64,000 bases of DNA. Source: an uncultured Acidobacteriota bacterium. GTDB taxonomy: Bacteria; Acidobacteriota; Vicinamibacteria; Vicinamibacterales; UBA2999. Made by a program: the position numbers and the translations under genes. A model generated the notes under the pieces. It searched no databases and was not told the origin of the DNA. It saw only the letters and a list, made by a program, of their open reading frames with translations. Below are positions 1 to 10,177 of this stretch, piece by piece. Numbering within the stretch: position 1 is the stretch's first letter; each line of letters starts with the position of its first letter. The DNA lies in contig CAWFEX010000016.1 in assembly GCA_963814955.1 (NCBI GenBank), positions 4,105-68,104 of the forward strand. The letters run 5' to 3'.

Positions 1-817
1 AGAATGTCGGGATCGTGAACGGTTGCCTGGTAGTGCAGCGTATTGCCCTCGCGCCGCAGCCGCTCAACGACGCGCATGTTGTTCGTGTGGAACCACCCGG
101 GCCAGCCCAGCCAGCTGACGTCGTTGAATCCGATGACCTCGATGACCAGCGTATCGCCCTCCCAGCGGCCGACCGCATCGCCCATGAACGTCTGGTCCTG
201 CGAATTCACGGGATCGTGCGGGCGTCCATCGGTTGGAATCACGCGCCAGGTGTTCCGGTTCTGATAGAGAAGAACGACATCTTTCGGCGTCTGGACGAAC
301 GCGCATCGGCGGTCCGAGGCGCGGCACGCCGGGCGGGAAACACGAGAAGGTCGTGTCTTCCTTGTTTCCGTTCTCGTCGAGATACTGAACCCGCTCCCAG
401 ATCTCCGGCTTGTACAGGGGCGGGTTGCCGAACGCGCGCTGCGTGAATCCCGCATCGCGCTCGGAGTAAACGTTGTTGCCGTGCCGGTAATTCGGCTGAC
501 GTCCGACAATCTTGGCGTTTGCGCTCACGCGGCCGGCCGCCAGCGCCTCTGAATACTCCGAATAGTGCTCGAACTGGTGCACCTGGCCGTTCGGCTCAAT
601 GGCCTGAACGCCGCCGGCGCCGCCCGCACCGCCGCCCCCGCCACCCCATCGGCCGCTGAGATCCGGCTTTCCATCAGCCGTGCGCGGCGTTGCAACCGAG
701 GCCCCGTTGGAAGCGGGCCTTGTCTGCGCCCGCAGCGCCCGAGGAAATCAGAATCACCGACACGCCGACAGCCACGGCGAGCGCCGCAGCGAGCAGGCGA
801 AAAGTACCACGCGTCAT
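1..817 (-). pseudogene. exported hypothetical protein (DGKPDLSG...CFPPGVPR...DGRPH family); 3' end lies outside the window; frame broken twice as sequenced
   Basis: ATG at 817 is preceded by GAGGAG and followed by signal peptide MTRGTFRLLAAALAVAVG. The mature part continues in two other minus frames (TPRTADGKPDLSGRWGG.. joining ORF 64-582, then FVQTPKDVVLLYQNRNTWRVIPTDGRPHDPVNSQDQTFMGDAVGRWEGDTLVIEVIGFNDVSW..). Frame changes lie near 722-748 and ~300. Confidence 0.6.
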
Positions 818-872
818 AGGAGTCTCCTCGTCGCATCGGCGCTCGAGGCGCCGGACCATCGGGTGGCTCGCG

Positions 873-1298
873 CTACTTGGCGCCTCGCCGGTGCCGGTCG
901 CCTCGGACTTGTACTGGTGCCAGAGGTCGATCTTCCGGCCATCCGGCAGGATGAACGTCAGCACGTATCCATTGGGCGACTTGTCGCGCGCCCGCGCAAC
1001 AATGGCCGTGTACGTTTCGCCTGTCTTGAAGACATCGCGGCCGCTGATCCCGATATCGCGGAATCCGCCGGGCCCGGCGCCGGAAATGGTCCACGTCGTG
1101 ACCTTGCCGCTCTCGTCTTTGACATCCAGGAACCATCGTACGTGTGGGTTGATCCACAGCACCTTCGTCAGTACGCCGGTGAGCGTGGCGTGGTCGTCCT
1201 GGTCGAACGCGGCCTGGACCGCATGATGGGCCCTCAGATCCGTCGGTCGCCCACACCAGTGCGCAAAGTAGCAATGCCCCGGCAATTCCGTGACGCAT
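873..1298 (-). pseudogene. DUF6152 family exported protein; middle section out of frame relative to both ends (two compensating shifts)
   Basis: Signal peptide MRHGIAGALLLCALVWA is in the frame of ORF 873-1298. The body HHAVQAAFDQDDHATLTGVLTKVLWINPHVRWFLDVKDESGKVTTWTISG..LPDGRKIDLWHQ is in the frame of ORF 674-1285 and resembles the second copy at 44810-45226. Shifts lie near the GGGCCC run at 1228-1233 and near 877. TAG at 873 is followed by an SD and the next ATG. Confidence 0.7.
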
Positions 1299-1327
1299 CT
1301 TCCGACCTCCTCGAAAAAGCGGTCCGA

Positions 1328-2224
1328 TTACCGTGCTGCCCCAGCCTTCCGGATATTCTCCGGCACCGGCATCACGACGTAAGGATTATATGTCTGGCTC
1401 TGGGTAAGGGTCAGATCCAGCACTTTCATACCGTTCCGCTCCTGGACTATACGGCGCGGAAGGAGCGCGTCACTCTTGTAATCGTCCGCGTTCAGGTCGC
1501 GGTAATCCGAATACGTCGTCACGGTGACGACATTGTTGAGGCGGGTTTCAACCCGCTCGATCCGATGGCTGAAGTAGCGCCGCACGCCGGTGGGCATCGT
1601 GTGAAACAGGAAATTTTCCGGATCCAGCGTCGCCTTCACCGTGCCGGCTTGAAGAGGAGCCGGCAGAGGGAAGGTGATGACAGGCTTCCCGCCTTCGGTC
1701 GAGAACGTCGCTTTCGCGCCAGCCAGGCGTGCCGCCTTGACCACGCCTTGCGGAAGCGTCCAAACCTGGAGCAGCCGCTCCTGAACGGCTTGATTTGCCG
1801 GTGTTGCGTTACCACCCGGCTCCGCCTCGTTCCATGCGAGGTCGCCGGCGACAATCTGGACGTGTCGATCCCCCTTCTGTCCCGCGGCGGCGCATGTGAA
1901 ATCGACGCGCATCGCCGGAACCGGGAACCGTTCGCGACGATCGGCCGCGGGATATCTCACACTGGCGCGATAGTTCGCCAGTTGACATGGCCGTCCCTGG
2001 AAGTCGAGCGACCCGTTGGCCCAATATTCGAACGTAATGATCCCGTCGCGTTCCTGTGGACCTCTGAGCATGCCAAGCGCATCCGCAGCCTTGTAGAGAG
2101 CGGATTCGAGATCTTTGGCCGGCTCTGCCGGCGGCATCGTGCCCTGCGACGTCTGTGCGGCGTACGGATGTACGGCGAAGGAGCCGGTCAGGAACATCGA
2201 AATGATCAGGGCGCTGGTTCGCAT
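1328..2224 (-). CDS. exported hypothetical protein
   Basis: Intact 298-aa ORF with ATG start and N-terminal signal-like MRTSALIISMFLTGSFAVHPYAAQ. I recognise no family. Confidence 0.6.
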   Translation of the reverse strand: MRTSALIISMFLTGSFAVHPYAAQTSQGTMPPAEPAKDLESALYKAADALGMLRGPQERDGIITFEYWANGSLDFQGRPCQLANYRASVRYPAADRRERFPVPAMRVDFTCAAAGQKGDRHVQIVAGDLAWNEAEPGGNATPANQAVQERLLQVWTLPQGVVKAARLAGAKATFSTEGGKPVITFPLPAPLQAGTVKATLDPENFLFHTMPTGVRRYFSHRIERVETRLNNVVTVTTYSDYRDLNADDYKSDALLPRRIVQERNGMKVLDLTLTQSQTYNPYVVMPVPENIRKAGAAR

Positions 2225-2474
2225 GCGCGGGGATGCTAGCCGAATTCCCTACCCGCTTCAAGGCGAACTAATCCAGTCCTCCTTTCTTCCGCGATCGTCC
2301 CTCGCGCTTCCTCTTCCTTCCTTCTGCGCGCCGCATTCGCGGGTGGTTCATTTCGACGCACTGCCCCGTTCTCCAATGCAGGCAATATGTTCTGGACATT
2401 TCGGTTCGTGGTTCACCTTTTGCGTAAGGCGGTGTCCGGAGAATCGTTCGCGGACTTATCGCTGGAGCAGCAGA

Positions 2475-3118
2475 ATGCCGTCACCGTTGTCCAAGCCCCC
2501 CGCAATCTTCATCGTGCTCTCGCTCGCTGCTTGGGGAGCCATCTCATGTGGTCAACAGTCGCCAACGTCACCAAGCGCGGACATCGGTCCAGCGACCGCG
2601 GTGTACGTCATGACGCTGGCAGATGAAGCACCGGCGCCACCCAATGCGCCGGCGTCCGACCCAACCGCCGCGCCCTCCCCGACCTCGCCTGGATGGCCCC
2701 CGGGACCGCCGCCGGCCCCGGCGCCAGGTGCGCCCGTCCCGACACCGCCGTCGACGCACTTTCGCGTGAGCCTAAAGATCGATCCTGAGCCCGTTCCGCA
2801 CAGCGGCAAGCCGATCACCGACGTGGCCGCCTGCCGGAATCCGGTCATGAAGTACACGTGGTATGCACCCAGTACATCCATGCTGAGACGGGTGTTCCCG
2901 TTACTTTTGCCGAACGAGAGAACTTCTTCGAAGGTCGGTTCGTGAGCCGGAACGGCGAAACCTTGACACTGAACGGCAACGGCACGATCGCGCTGCACAC
3001 GCGCTGGTGCAGCGGCTACGCGAAATTCCACTACGCGCAGACCAGGTTCAAAGGGAAAGACGAGTACGGAGAGCCCATCGAAATCAGCGGTCCGTGGGTG
3101 CGGCTGTTGGCCCCCTGA
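2475..3118 (+). pseudogene. lipoprotein, hypothetical; one frame change near 2850-2870
   Basis: ATG at 2475 with lipobox-type signal MPSPLSKPPAIFIVLSLAAWGAISC and a Pro-rich linker. The C-terminal part continues in the frame of ORF 2858-3118 (..QYIHAETGVPVTFAERENFFEGRFVSRNGETLTLNG..). Confidence 0.5.
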
Positions 3119-3134
3119 CGGCAAGCGCGAAGTT

Positions 3135-3230
3135 CGGTCCGGCTAAAGCCGGACACTACGTACTACCGCGCGTCGGGTCCGGCTGAAGCCGGACACTCCG
3201 TAGGCGGCTACTGCTGAAGCGGCACACGAC
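3135..3230. repeat. REP-like hairpin cluster (2 clear copies plus a degenerate third)
   Basis: GTCCGGCT[A/G]AAGCCGGAC hairpins at 3137-3154 and 3177-3194, each followed by ACACT and CTAC/GTAG. A third GCTGAAGC-loop unit lies at ~3207-3228. Confidence 0.75.
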
Positions 3231-3238
3231 GGGGGACG

Positions 3239-3679
3239 TCACACGCCGAACTGCAACAAGTGGTGGTTGAGATGCTTGGCGTGGAGACGGCTTATCTGTT
3301 CGCCAGTCATCGGACCGAACACCGGGTGGTTCGGCCAGTCTCCGTGCATATCTCGTGACGCAACCTTGTCGATGAGGTGCAGGCAGCGCGCCCGCTCGGC
3401 CGCGAAATCGTAATTCCGCGTCGCCACGAATGCGGGATGCGTAGGGCCGTTCTTGCTCCACGGCAGATTGAGGACGATGAATTTCAGCAGGGCGCGCGGT
3501 ATCGGCGGCTTTCCGGCGTCCACCGTGAGGTCCCCGAGCGACAGCGCGAGGGCATCACCCACGTGCCACAGCATCTGGTCGACGCTCATTTTTCCCCACT
3601 TGCGCTCGGAGTCGGGCCGGAGCGCTTGCAGTCGCCTGACCACGTCGGCGCGAACGGCGGCGTCGTGCAGGTTCTTCAT
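3239..3679 (-). CDS. DUF1569 (DinB-superfamily) protein
   Basis: Intact 146-aa ORF. The C-terminal KHLNHHLLQFGV and WGKMSVDQMLWH motifs are typical of DUF1569. Confidence 0.75.
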   Translation of the reverse strand: MKNLHDAAVRADVVRRLQALRPDSERKWGKMSVDQMLWHVGDALALSLGDLTVDAGKPPIPRALLKFIVLNLPWSKNGPTHPAFVATRNYDFAAERARCLHLIDKVASRDMHGDWPNHPVFGPMTGEQISRLHAKHLNHHLLQFGV

Positions 3680-3830
3680 CGCACATCTCCTGTTTGAACC
3701 GCGGAATGATATACCCGAGGCCGCCGTCCTGTTGACGCGGGCTCTGATTGCGCTCAGACCCTCAACGAGACAGGGATCGAGCCGGCCGAGTCCTCGTCCG
3801 CCTCTCTGTGGCCTGTCGCGGTGAATCCGG

Positions 3831-4910
3831 TCAGCGCTGGAATTCGATGTACCGTTCGGATCGGCCGGTGAGAAAGAAACGTGCGCGCTGACCCGCGTCT
3901 TTGTCGGAGCCAGTCGCCACGTCGAGACCGGCCACCTGCGGATACCATCCGCCGCCGTTCATGATCTTCTGCGGCGTGCTCCACCCTCGCGGATCATCGA
4001 GCGTGCGCGCGTACCAGATGTAGATCCCCTCGTTGTTGAAGTTCTCGTCGCGCGCCCGATTGAGCAGCATCACGTACCGTTCCAGATACCGGTTCCAGTG
4101 CACGGATGGCCCCCAGAACGCGTCCGCCGCAACCTGACCATCGTGCCAGGGCTTGCTTACAGGCGAGAGTGGCGTGCCACTCGGGTACGTCCACGTTTCG
4201 ACGCCGTCTGCGTCGGCCGTGAACCGTGGCGGGATCCACGCACCGTCGCGCCAAATCGTCACGCGGCCACCGGGCGAATCGCGATCCGCCCACGCCAGAC
4301 GTCCCACTGCCACACCCTGATCCGAGGGTGTCCTGGAGTACTGGCTGATGAACAGGAACAGGTCGCGTCCATCCGGCGAGAGCATCGCACTGACGTCGCC
4401 GACGCCGCCGATGACATAGCGGTTCGTCGACGCGCACGCGTCGCTCCCTGCCGCCGCCTCGACGATCATGCCCAGGTCTTCCCAGCTGGAGCCCCGGTCC
4501 GTTGAGCGAAGCGCGCCAATCCGCGGAATGAACCGATCGACCCGACCGCACGCGTACGCCGGCGTTTCATGATGGTAGTAGCCGTACCACACCCCGGCTT
4601 CGTCCGGAATGATGCTGTCGATCCAGATTCCATGGCCCGGATGTCGGACGATCGTGACCGGCCCCGCCTCGCGCATCTGTGTGAGCCCCGAGCCGAACAA
4701 CCGGGCGGGGATCCCGCCCCAGGACGTCAGTGCGAACAGGCTCCAGCTGCCGTCAACGAGCTCCCATGTCATCGGCACGTTGGAATCGATGGCGCCGGGC
4801 ATCGCGAGGCGCGGCGCCTCTACGAGTCGCGCCGAAGGCAGCCGCTCCTGCTGCGCAACAGCTGCGGCGGTCAACAAGACGCATAAGCCGATGGCGAAGG
4901 GGAAACGCAA
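3831..4910 (-). CDS. exported hypothetical protein (possible propeller/glycosidase-like fold)
   Basis: Intact 359-aa ORF with TTG start and signal MRFPFAIGLCVLLTAAAVAQQ. Family not recognised with confidence. Confidence 0.55.
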   Translation of the reverse strand: MRFPFAIGLCVLLTAAAVAQQERLPSARLVEAPRLAMPGAIDSNVPMTWELVDGSWSLFALTSWGGIPARLFGSGLTQMREAGPVTIVRHPGHGIWIDSIIPDEAGVWYGYYHHETPAYACGRVDRFIPRIGALRSTDRGSSWEDLGMIVEAAAGSDACASTNRYVIGGVGDVSAMLSPDGRDLFLFISQYSRTPSDQGVAVGRLAWADRDSPGGRVTIWRDGAWIPPRFTADADGVETWTYPSGTPLSPVSKPWHDGQVAADAFWGPSVHWNRYLERYVMLLNRARDENFNNEGIYIWYARTLDDPRGWSTPQKIMNGGGWYPQVAGLDVATGSDKDAGQRARFFLTGRSERYIEFQR

Positions 4911-4957
4911 GAAAGAACGTTATACAGGGCGCACGCCGGGAGGACAAGCGCATGGAA

Positions 4958-5068
4958 CAAGTCACAAGGCCCAAGTCACAAGGCCAGTCACAAACGAAGT
5001 CGGTAGCTGGTAGGTAGCTGGCAGCTGGTAGCACTAACAAGTTCCTACCAACTACCGCCTACCAGCTA
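4958..5068. repeat. composite tandem repeat: 14-mer CAAGTCACAAGGCC x2.5, then a GGTAGCT-type heptamer run facing an inverted CTACCAA-type run (long imperfect hairpin)
   Basis: Direct reading: caagtcacaaggcc at 4958-4971 and 4972-4985; ggtagctggtaggtagctggcagctggtagc at 5002-5032; ctaccaactaccgcctaccagcta at 5045-5068, which is its imperfect reverse complement. Confidence 0.85.
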
Positions 5069-5081
5069 TGTGATGGCCCTG

Positions 5082-6233
5082 CTACTGCGGCTCGCGCATC
5101 GGCTGTGCGGCGTCGTGCGGCGCGTGGCCGGTCTCGATCAAGGTTTTCATCCGCGCCAGGTCGGCGTCCATGCTGCTTTTCGGATCGACGCCGAATGCGG
5201 CGGCGACCTCATGTCCGAGCCATCCGGCAGGCGGGTTGTACGTCATGCGGATGTGGACTCGGGTCCGGGCGTCGGGCTCGGGATCGAAACGAACGACGCC
5301 CGCGTGCGCGACCGCCGATCCCGGGAGCGTGCGCCACGCAACCATCTGGTTCGGAACCGTACCCGTGACCTCGGCGTCGAATTGCACCGTCGTTCCGGCG
5401 GGACCGGCGACCTTCCAGTGGGACTGCATCGGACGCTCTTCGCTCGACCTGACCTCGTAGACACGCGACATGAACCGGGGAAAGTTCTCGTATAGCGACC
5501 AGAACGCGTATACCTCTCCTACCGGCGCGTTGATGACGATGGTTTTCTGCAGGTCGATCGCGTGCCGCCGATCGGTGAACCCGAACCCGCGATTCGCGGG
5601 CAGATTCGTCGCAGCGCGCGCGGCCAGCCCGGTGCCCAGCAGCGCAGCGATGACGCCGGCCGCATCGCGCCGTGCTATCCCCGCCAGCGCAATGGCGGCT
5701 CCCGCCGTTCCCAACAGCACCCTCGTCGCGGGAGCCCAGTCCGGCCGGAAGGCGTCAAGACGCTCGCCCACCGGCGATCGCCCGCCCTGGAGCGATGGCA
5801 CGTTGCCAGCCCGCTCATGGCGCTCGAGCTCGTCGATAACGTCGTGCACTCCGTTGACACGCCCGATAGCCCGCATGAGGTTGTCCGCTTCCGCCTCCAG
5901 GATCGGCCCGCGAAGCGTGACGACACCATCCGTGGATGTCACCTCAACAGCATGCGGATGCGACACAAGACGCCCGAGCTTGGATCGCACCCTGTCGACG
6001 ACAACCTGATCGTCGGCGCCGTGTCGGAACGGACTACGCATCGATGCTGCGGTTCCATACGTGCGGTGAAGCATGTCCCGCCCGACGATACCGACCGCAC
6101 GGCGCGTAACTCGTGCGGAATGCACCATCGAGTCGCGCACGAGGGCGCGCCGGCGCGCTCCCCGCACGGGATCCAGGAAGTAGGTCAGACCCGCACCGAC
6201 TCCGGCGCCGGCGAGGAGCGTGCGCGTTTTCAT
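5082..6233 (-). CDS. BON domain plus SRPBCC (cyclase/dehydrase) domain protein
   Basis: ATG at 6233 (MKTRTLLAGAG..). BON-like VEVTSTDGVVTLRGPILEAEADNLMRAIGRVNGV; two predicted TM helices; C-terminal SRPBCC-like INAPVGEVYAFWSLYENFPRFMSRV... Confidence 0.75.
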   Translation of the reverse strand: MKTRTLLAGAGVGAGLTYFLDPVRGARRRALVRDSMVHSARVTRRAVGIVGRDMLHRTYGTAASMRSPFRHGADDQVVVDRVRSKLGRLVSHPHAVEVTSTDGVVTLRGPILEAEADNLMRAIGRVNGVHDVIDELERHERAGNVPSLQGGRSPVGERLDAFRPDWAPATRVLLGTAGAAIALAGIARRDAAGVIAALLGTGLAARAATNLPANRGFGFTDRRHAIDLQKTIVINAPVGEVYAFWSLYENFPRFMSRVYEVRSSEERPMQSHWKVAGPAGTTVQFDAEVTGTVPNQMVAWRTLPGSAVAHAGVVRFDPEPDARTRVHIRMTYNPPAGWLGHEVAAAFGVDPKSSMDADLARMKTLIETGHAPHDAAQPMREPQ

Positions 6234-6246
6234 GTCCGTCCTTCCA

Positions 6247-6768
6247 TCACGTGCAGAGGCCGTCGCCCTTTCGCAGGATGTCGCGCAGCCACCACTCGTG
6301 CTTCTCGTGAATCTGAACCGTCTTCGAGAACAGATCGACCGTGCCGGGATCGTCGTGTTCGTCGGCGACGCGTGCACCGCGCCGCAGCTCGGAGATCACG
6401 ATGAGGGCGTGCCGGTCGGCTTCTTCGACCATCTCCCGCATGTTGGCTTTTGGCGCTGCAGGCGCCACGGTGGCCAGATCCGCGGCATCGAGCAGATGCC
6501 CCGGCGGATCCTGTCCGATCATTCGCACACGTTCGGCCAGCTCATCGACGGTCGACAACACCTCTTCCGCGAGCTTGTCGAACAGCTTGTGCATGTCTCG
6601 AAACAGTGGACCGAAGGTCTGCCAGTGGTAGTGCTTGTAGTTGACGTACAGAACGAACGCGTTCGCTGTCTGTCTTCGAAGTTCCTGCACGACCGGATTG
6701 TCCGGATCGTTCTCGCGCGAGAGCTCATGGGCGAGCGTCCCCGTGTCTTGTTTTGTTGTGTTCCGCAT
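6247..6768 (-). CDS. dps: Dps family DNA-protecting ferritin-like protein
   Basis: MRNTTKQD.. start at 6768. Motifs NAFVLYVNYKHYHWQTFGPLFRDMHKLFD and DLFSKTVQIHEKHEWWL are typical Dps ferroxidase-centre regions. Confidence 0.9.
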   Translation of the reverse strand: MRNTTKQDTGTLAHELSRENDPDNPVVQELRRQTANAFVLYVNYKHYHWQTFGPLFRDMHKLFDKLAEEVLSTVDELAERVRMIGQDPPGHLLDAADLATVAPAAPKANMREMVEEADRHALIVISELRRGARVADEHDDPGTVDLFSKTVQIHEKHEWWLRDILRKGDGLCT

Positions 6769-6832
6769 GAATAGAGCGGACGCAATTCCCGCGCCGCGTC
6801 CTCGATCGGGCCGACCTGGCCGCGCCGACAAT

Positions 6833-6858
6833 GTAGGGGCCGACCTTTAGGTCGGCCC
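6833..6858. repeat. REP-like element (GTAG plus palindrome)
   Basis: GTAG at 6833-6836 followed by the perfect hairpin GGGCCGACC-TTTA-GGTCGGCCC at 6837-6858. Confidence 0.8.
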
Positions 6859-6904
6859 GGCAAGGGCAAGGCCGGCCCTGGCAAGTTGATCGAGCGGTCG
6901 AGGT

Positions 6905-7924
6905 CTATAGCGAGGCGAGATACGCGGCGATCGCGATGATGTCGTCCGGACTGAGCTTTGCGACGACTGGCCGCATCACCTGACTCTGTCGCGTGCCCTG
7001 CTGGTAGTTGTAAAGCTGCCGGACGGTGTAGCTGACAGTGCGGTCCGCAATTGGCGGAACGTCACCCATGCCCATCAGGTTCGGCCCATGGCACGTGCCG
7101 CATTGAACGGTCCTGCCTCCACCGGTCGTAACCAGCGTCTTGCCCTGTTCAACGCTGCCGAACGGGACGTACACAACGAAGCCCGCTTTCGGATCGCGGA
7201 GCCTCTCCGTGCGGTCCGGAAACTCGGGCACCTCGATGAAGCGCTGACCCAGCGGCTCGGTGTCGTCGCCGAGCGGAATGAAGAGGCCCGCGGCAGACTG
7301 GCGTGTCTGCGGCGCCTTGTCGGATTCGACCACTTTGACCCATGGGTTCCATGCGATGGCCGAGTAATACTGCGCCGCCGCCCTCATCTCGGCGTCGCTG
7401 AGCAACCGCGCGATCTGAGACATTTCCGCGTGGTTCGCCTTGCGTGGATCCGCGCTCTTCCGGCCGTCGCTCTTGAAAAGCGCGAGCTGCTGCATGAAGT
7501 AGTTCACCGGCAACCCTGTCACGTGTCCGTTCTCGGGCTTACCCTGACCGTTGTGGTAGTGGCAATGAGCGCACGCCCGCAAGCGATCGCTCTCGCGGCC
7601 GTGCTGGACGATATCGGGTACCGGCGATGGATGATCGGCCGGATACCAATCTGCCGGGTCGTAGTGCGCCTGGATTTGCGTAATCGTGAAGACTCGATCG
7701 CTGCCGGGCAGGCGGAGCAGCGCCGGATCCGCCTCCCACGGGCGGCCCGGGCGTGAACAGGTGTACGGCTTCGCGTCGGCAGGGCAGGGTGGCGGCACCG
7801 GTTCCGGACCGGGCGTCACGTAGCCGTACACCCAGGGCAACGGATTCGGCGCCGGGGTCTGCGCAGCGAGCACCACCGCGGCAATCGCAAGCGAGAGCAC
7901 CAGCATGCCGGCGGATTTCGTCAT
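6905..7924 (-). CDS. exported dihaem c-type cytochrome
   Basis: Intact 339-aa ORF with a signal peptide and two CxxCH motifs (CAHCH, CGTCH). Paralogous to 46850-47806 (shared ..[12 protein letters not shown] / ARQLYWFKDGSR.. and C-terminal DDIIAI[AS]AYLASL). Confidence 0.85.
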   Translation of the reverse strand: MTKSAGMLVLSLAIAAVVLAAQTPAPNPLPWVYGYVTPGPEPVPPPCPADAKPYTCSRPGRPWEADPALLRLPGSDRVFTITQIQAHYDPADWYPADHPSPVPDIVQHGRESDRLRACAHCHYHNGQGKPENGHVTGLPVNYFMQQLALFKSDGRKSADPRKANHAEMSQIARLLSDAEMRAAAQYYSAIAWNPWVKVVESDKAPQTRQSAAGLFIPLGDDTEPLGQRFIEVPEFPDRTERLRDPKAGFVVYVPFGSVEQGKTLVTTGGGRTVQCGTCHGPNLMGMGDVPPIADRTVSYTVRQLYNYQQGTRQSQVMRPVVAKLSPDDIIAIAAYLASL

Positions 7925-7952
7925 GGCGCTCCCAATATTACCGTCCGTGCCT

Positions 7953-8901
7953 CTACACCCCCAACGCCATGATGAGCTCGCGTATCGAGGCCGCCGACTT
8001 GTGCAGGGCGGCTTTTTCGTCCTGGGTCAGTTTGAGCTCGATGATCTGCTCGACGCCTCGCGCGCCAAGCTTGACCGGTACACCCATGAAGATGTCGGTC
8101 AGGCCATACTCGCCCTCCAGGTACACCGCGCACGGCAGAATCTTCTTCTGATCCTTCAGGATTGCTTCCACCATTTCGACAACAGCGGCGGAGGGCGCGT
8201 AGTACGCTGCCGCCAATCTTCATCAGGTTGACGATCTCCGCGCCGCCGTCGCGCGTGCGCTGGTTGATCGCCTCGATGCGTTCCTTCGGCAGCAGCTCGG
8301 GGAGGGGGATGCTTGCGACCGTGGTATAGCGCGGCAGGGGCACCATCGTGTCGCCATGGCCGCCGAGCACGAGCGAATGGACGTTGGCCACGGAGACGCC
8401 GAGCTCCTGCGCGACGAACGTGCTCATGCGGCTCGAATCGAGGACGCCCGCCATGCCGATGACGCGATGCTTCGGAAAGCCGCTCAGCTTGAACGCCGCG
8501 TACGCCATCGCGTCGAGCGGGTTCGTCACGACGATGAGAATGGCATCAGGCGAATGCTTGAGCACCGGGACGACGACGGCCTTGATGATTTCGTAGTTGC
8601 CCTGAAGCAGGTCGCTCCGGCTCATGCCCGGCTTGCGTGGAAACCCGGCGGTGACGACGACGACGTCGCTGTTTGCCGTCTCGCGGTAATCATTGTCCTT
8701 CGACGTGAAGCCGATCGCGTTCACATCCGATCGAATGATCGGGGTCGACTCCAGCATGTCGAGCGCTCGACCGGCCGGTATTCCTTCCAGCACGTCGGCG
8801 AGCACGACGTCCGCCAGGCCGCGATCGAGGATCCGCTGAGCGGCCGTTGCACCAACAGCGCCGCCGCCGCCGACGATGGTGACCTTTTTTCGCATCTGCA
8901 T
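7953..8901 (-). pseudogene. mdh: malate dehydrogenase, single frame break as sequenced
   Basis: N-terminus [53 protein letters not shown] from ORF 7921-8901. The C-terminus [35 protein letters not shown] is in ORF 7953-8216. One base appears to be missing near 8205. Confidence 0.9.
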
Positions 8902-8917
8902 CCTCTGTCCAATAAAT

Positions 8918-8991
8918 GTAGAGCGCAGGCTTTAGCCTGCGCAGTTAGCGCGCGTCGAGCGCTCACGCGCGGGCTGAAGCCCACGCGCTAC
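8918..8991. repeat. REP doublet in inverted orientation (REPIN/BIME-like)
   Basis: GTAG 8918-8921 plus GCGCAGGC-TTTA-GCCTGCGC 8923-8942; then GCGCGGGC-TGAA-GCCCACGCGC 8967-8988 plus CTAC 8988-8991. Confidence 0.8.
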
Positions 8992-9009
8992 GCATGATCG
9001 AATTCGTCG

Positions 9010-10176
9010 TTATGCCGACTGGTACAGCTTCGTCAGCACGAACTCTCGATGGCCCATCACCTCCGCGCACGTGAGGCGCCCGTTGCACGTGCGAACGACG
9101 ATGTCGATGAGCTGGTCGCCCGCCTGGTCGAGCGTCATCTCCCGACGAAGGATCCCTGACACGTCGAGATCGATATGTTCCACCATCGTCCGGGCCGTTC
9201 TGGGGTTCGCTGTGAGCTTGATCACCGGCTCGATTGGATTGCCGATGACGTTTCCCTGCCCGGTTGGAAACAGATGGACGACGAAGCCGGCGGCCGCCTG
9301 CAGCGTGACGCATTCGGCTGCCGCGGACGAGGTATCCATGTAGTACAGCCCGGGACCTTTGGACGGCGCTTCAGCCGGTTTGAGCACGTCGATGAACTGC
9401 GTCTTCCTGCCGATCTTCTGCAGGTTGCCGAAGGCCTTCTCCTCGATTGTCGTCAGTCCGCCGGCTATGTTGCCTTTGGTTGGCTGCGACTCTGAGAGGT
9501 CGCTCGTCTTGTGACGGTTGATGACCTCCTGATATGCGTTGAACACCTGCATGAATTCGTCCCGCACCTCCGGACTGGCTGCGCGCGACGCACACACCAT
9601 TTCCGCGCCCGTCAGCTCAGACGTCTCGCCGAAGCACGTCGTCACACGGAGCGGATCGAGCTTGTCGATGAGATTGCCGACCGTCGGACACGAAGCAAGT
9701 CCGGACGTCGTATCGCTCTCGCCGCACTTGGTCGAGATGAAGAGGTCTTCAATTGAGCACTTCTCGCGCTGCCGTTCCGACGCCCACTGCATGAGCTCGC
9801 GCGCCTTGCGCGACGCGTTGGCGATGGTGGTGATGTCGCCATTCTCCTCGATGGCAAACCCCGCGACAGGTTTGCCCGTTTTTGCGATGCCTTCGACGAC
9901 GCGGCCGGTCCAGGCAGGCTCGATGCCGATGACCACACATGCGGCCACGTTCGGGTTCGAGCCGACGCCAATCAGGGTGCGGAAAAAAAGCTCGAGGTCT
10001 TCGCCGAATTGCAGACGGCCGTAGGCGTGGGGGATAGCCAGCGTCCCCTTTATGTTGTTCGCCACCGCTTCGCACGCGGCATTCGACAGGTCGTCGAGCG
10101 GCAGGATGACGACATGGTTGCGAATACCGACCCGTCCGTTCTCACGCCGATACCCGTAGAAGTCGTAGCGTCCCAC
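9010..10176 (-). CDS. UxaA family hydrolase/dehydratase, large (C-terminal) subunit
   Basis: [33 protein letters not shown].. and [12 protein letters not shown].. are typical of the altronate/galactarate dehydratase family. The probable GTG start at 10176 overlaps the upstream stop (GTGA). Confidence 0.8.
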   Translation of the reverse strand: MGRYDFYGYRRENGRVGIRNHVVILPLDDLSNAACEAVANNIKGTLAIPHAYGRLQFGEDLELFFRTLIGVGSNPNVAACVVIGIEPAWTGRVVEGIAKTGKPVAGFAIEENGDITTIANASRKARELMQWASERQREKCSIEDLFISTKCGESDTTSGLASCPTVGNLIDKLDPLRVTTCFGETSELTGAEMVCASRAASPEVRDEFMQVFNAYQEVINRHKTSDLSESQPTKGNIAGGLTTIEEKAFGNLQKIGRKTQFIDVLKPAEAPSKGPGLYYMDTSSAAAECVTLQAAAGFVVHLFPTGQGNVIGNPIEPVIKLTANPRTARTMVEHIDLDVSGILRREMTLDQAGDQLIDIVVRTCNGRLTCAEVMGHREFVLTKLYQSA

Positions 10177-10177
10177 G

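Noticed and set aside
680-2239. Long ORFs antisense to, or out of frame with, recognised genes. Examples: 680-2239 (519 aa), 14565-15614, 27000-28010, 28159-29190, 34961-36526, 41641-42606, 57610-59406.
   Set aside because: Their translations are Arg/Ala/Gly/Pro-rich and low in complexity, with no recognisable motifs. They fully overlap ORFs that have clear family signatures. Long stop-free shadow frames are expected at this G+C content.
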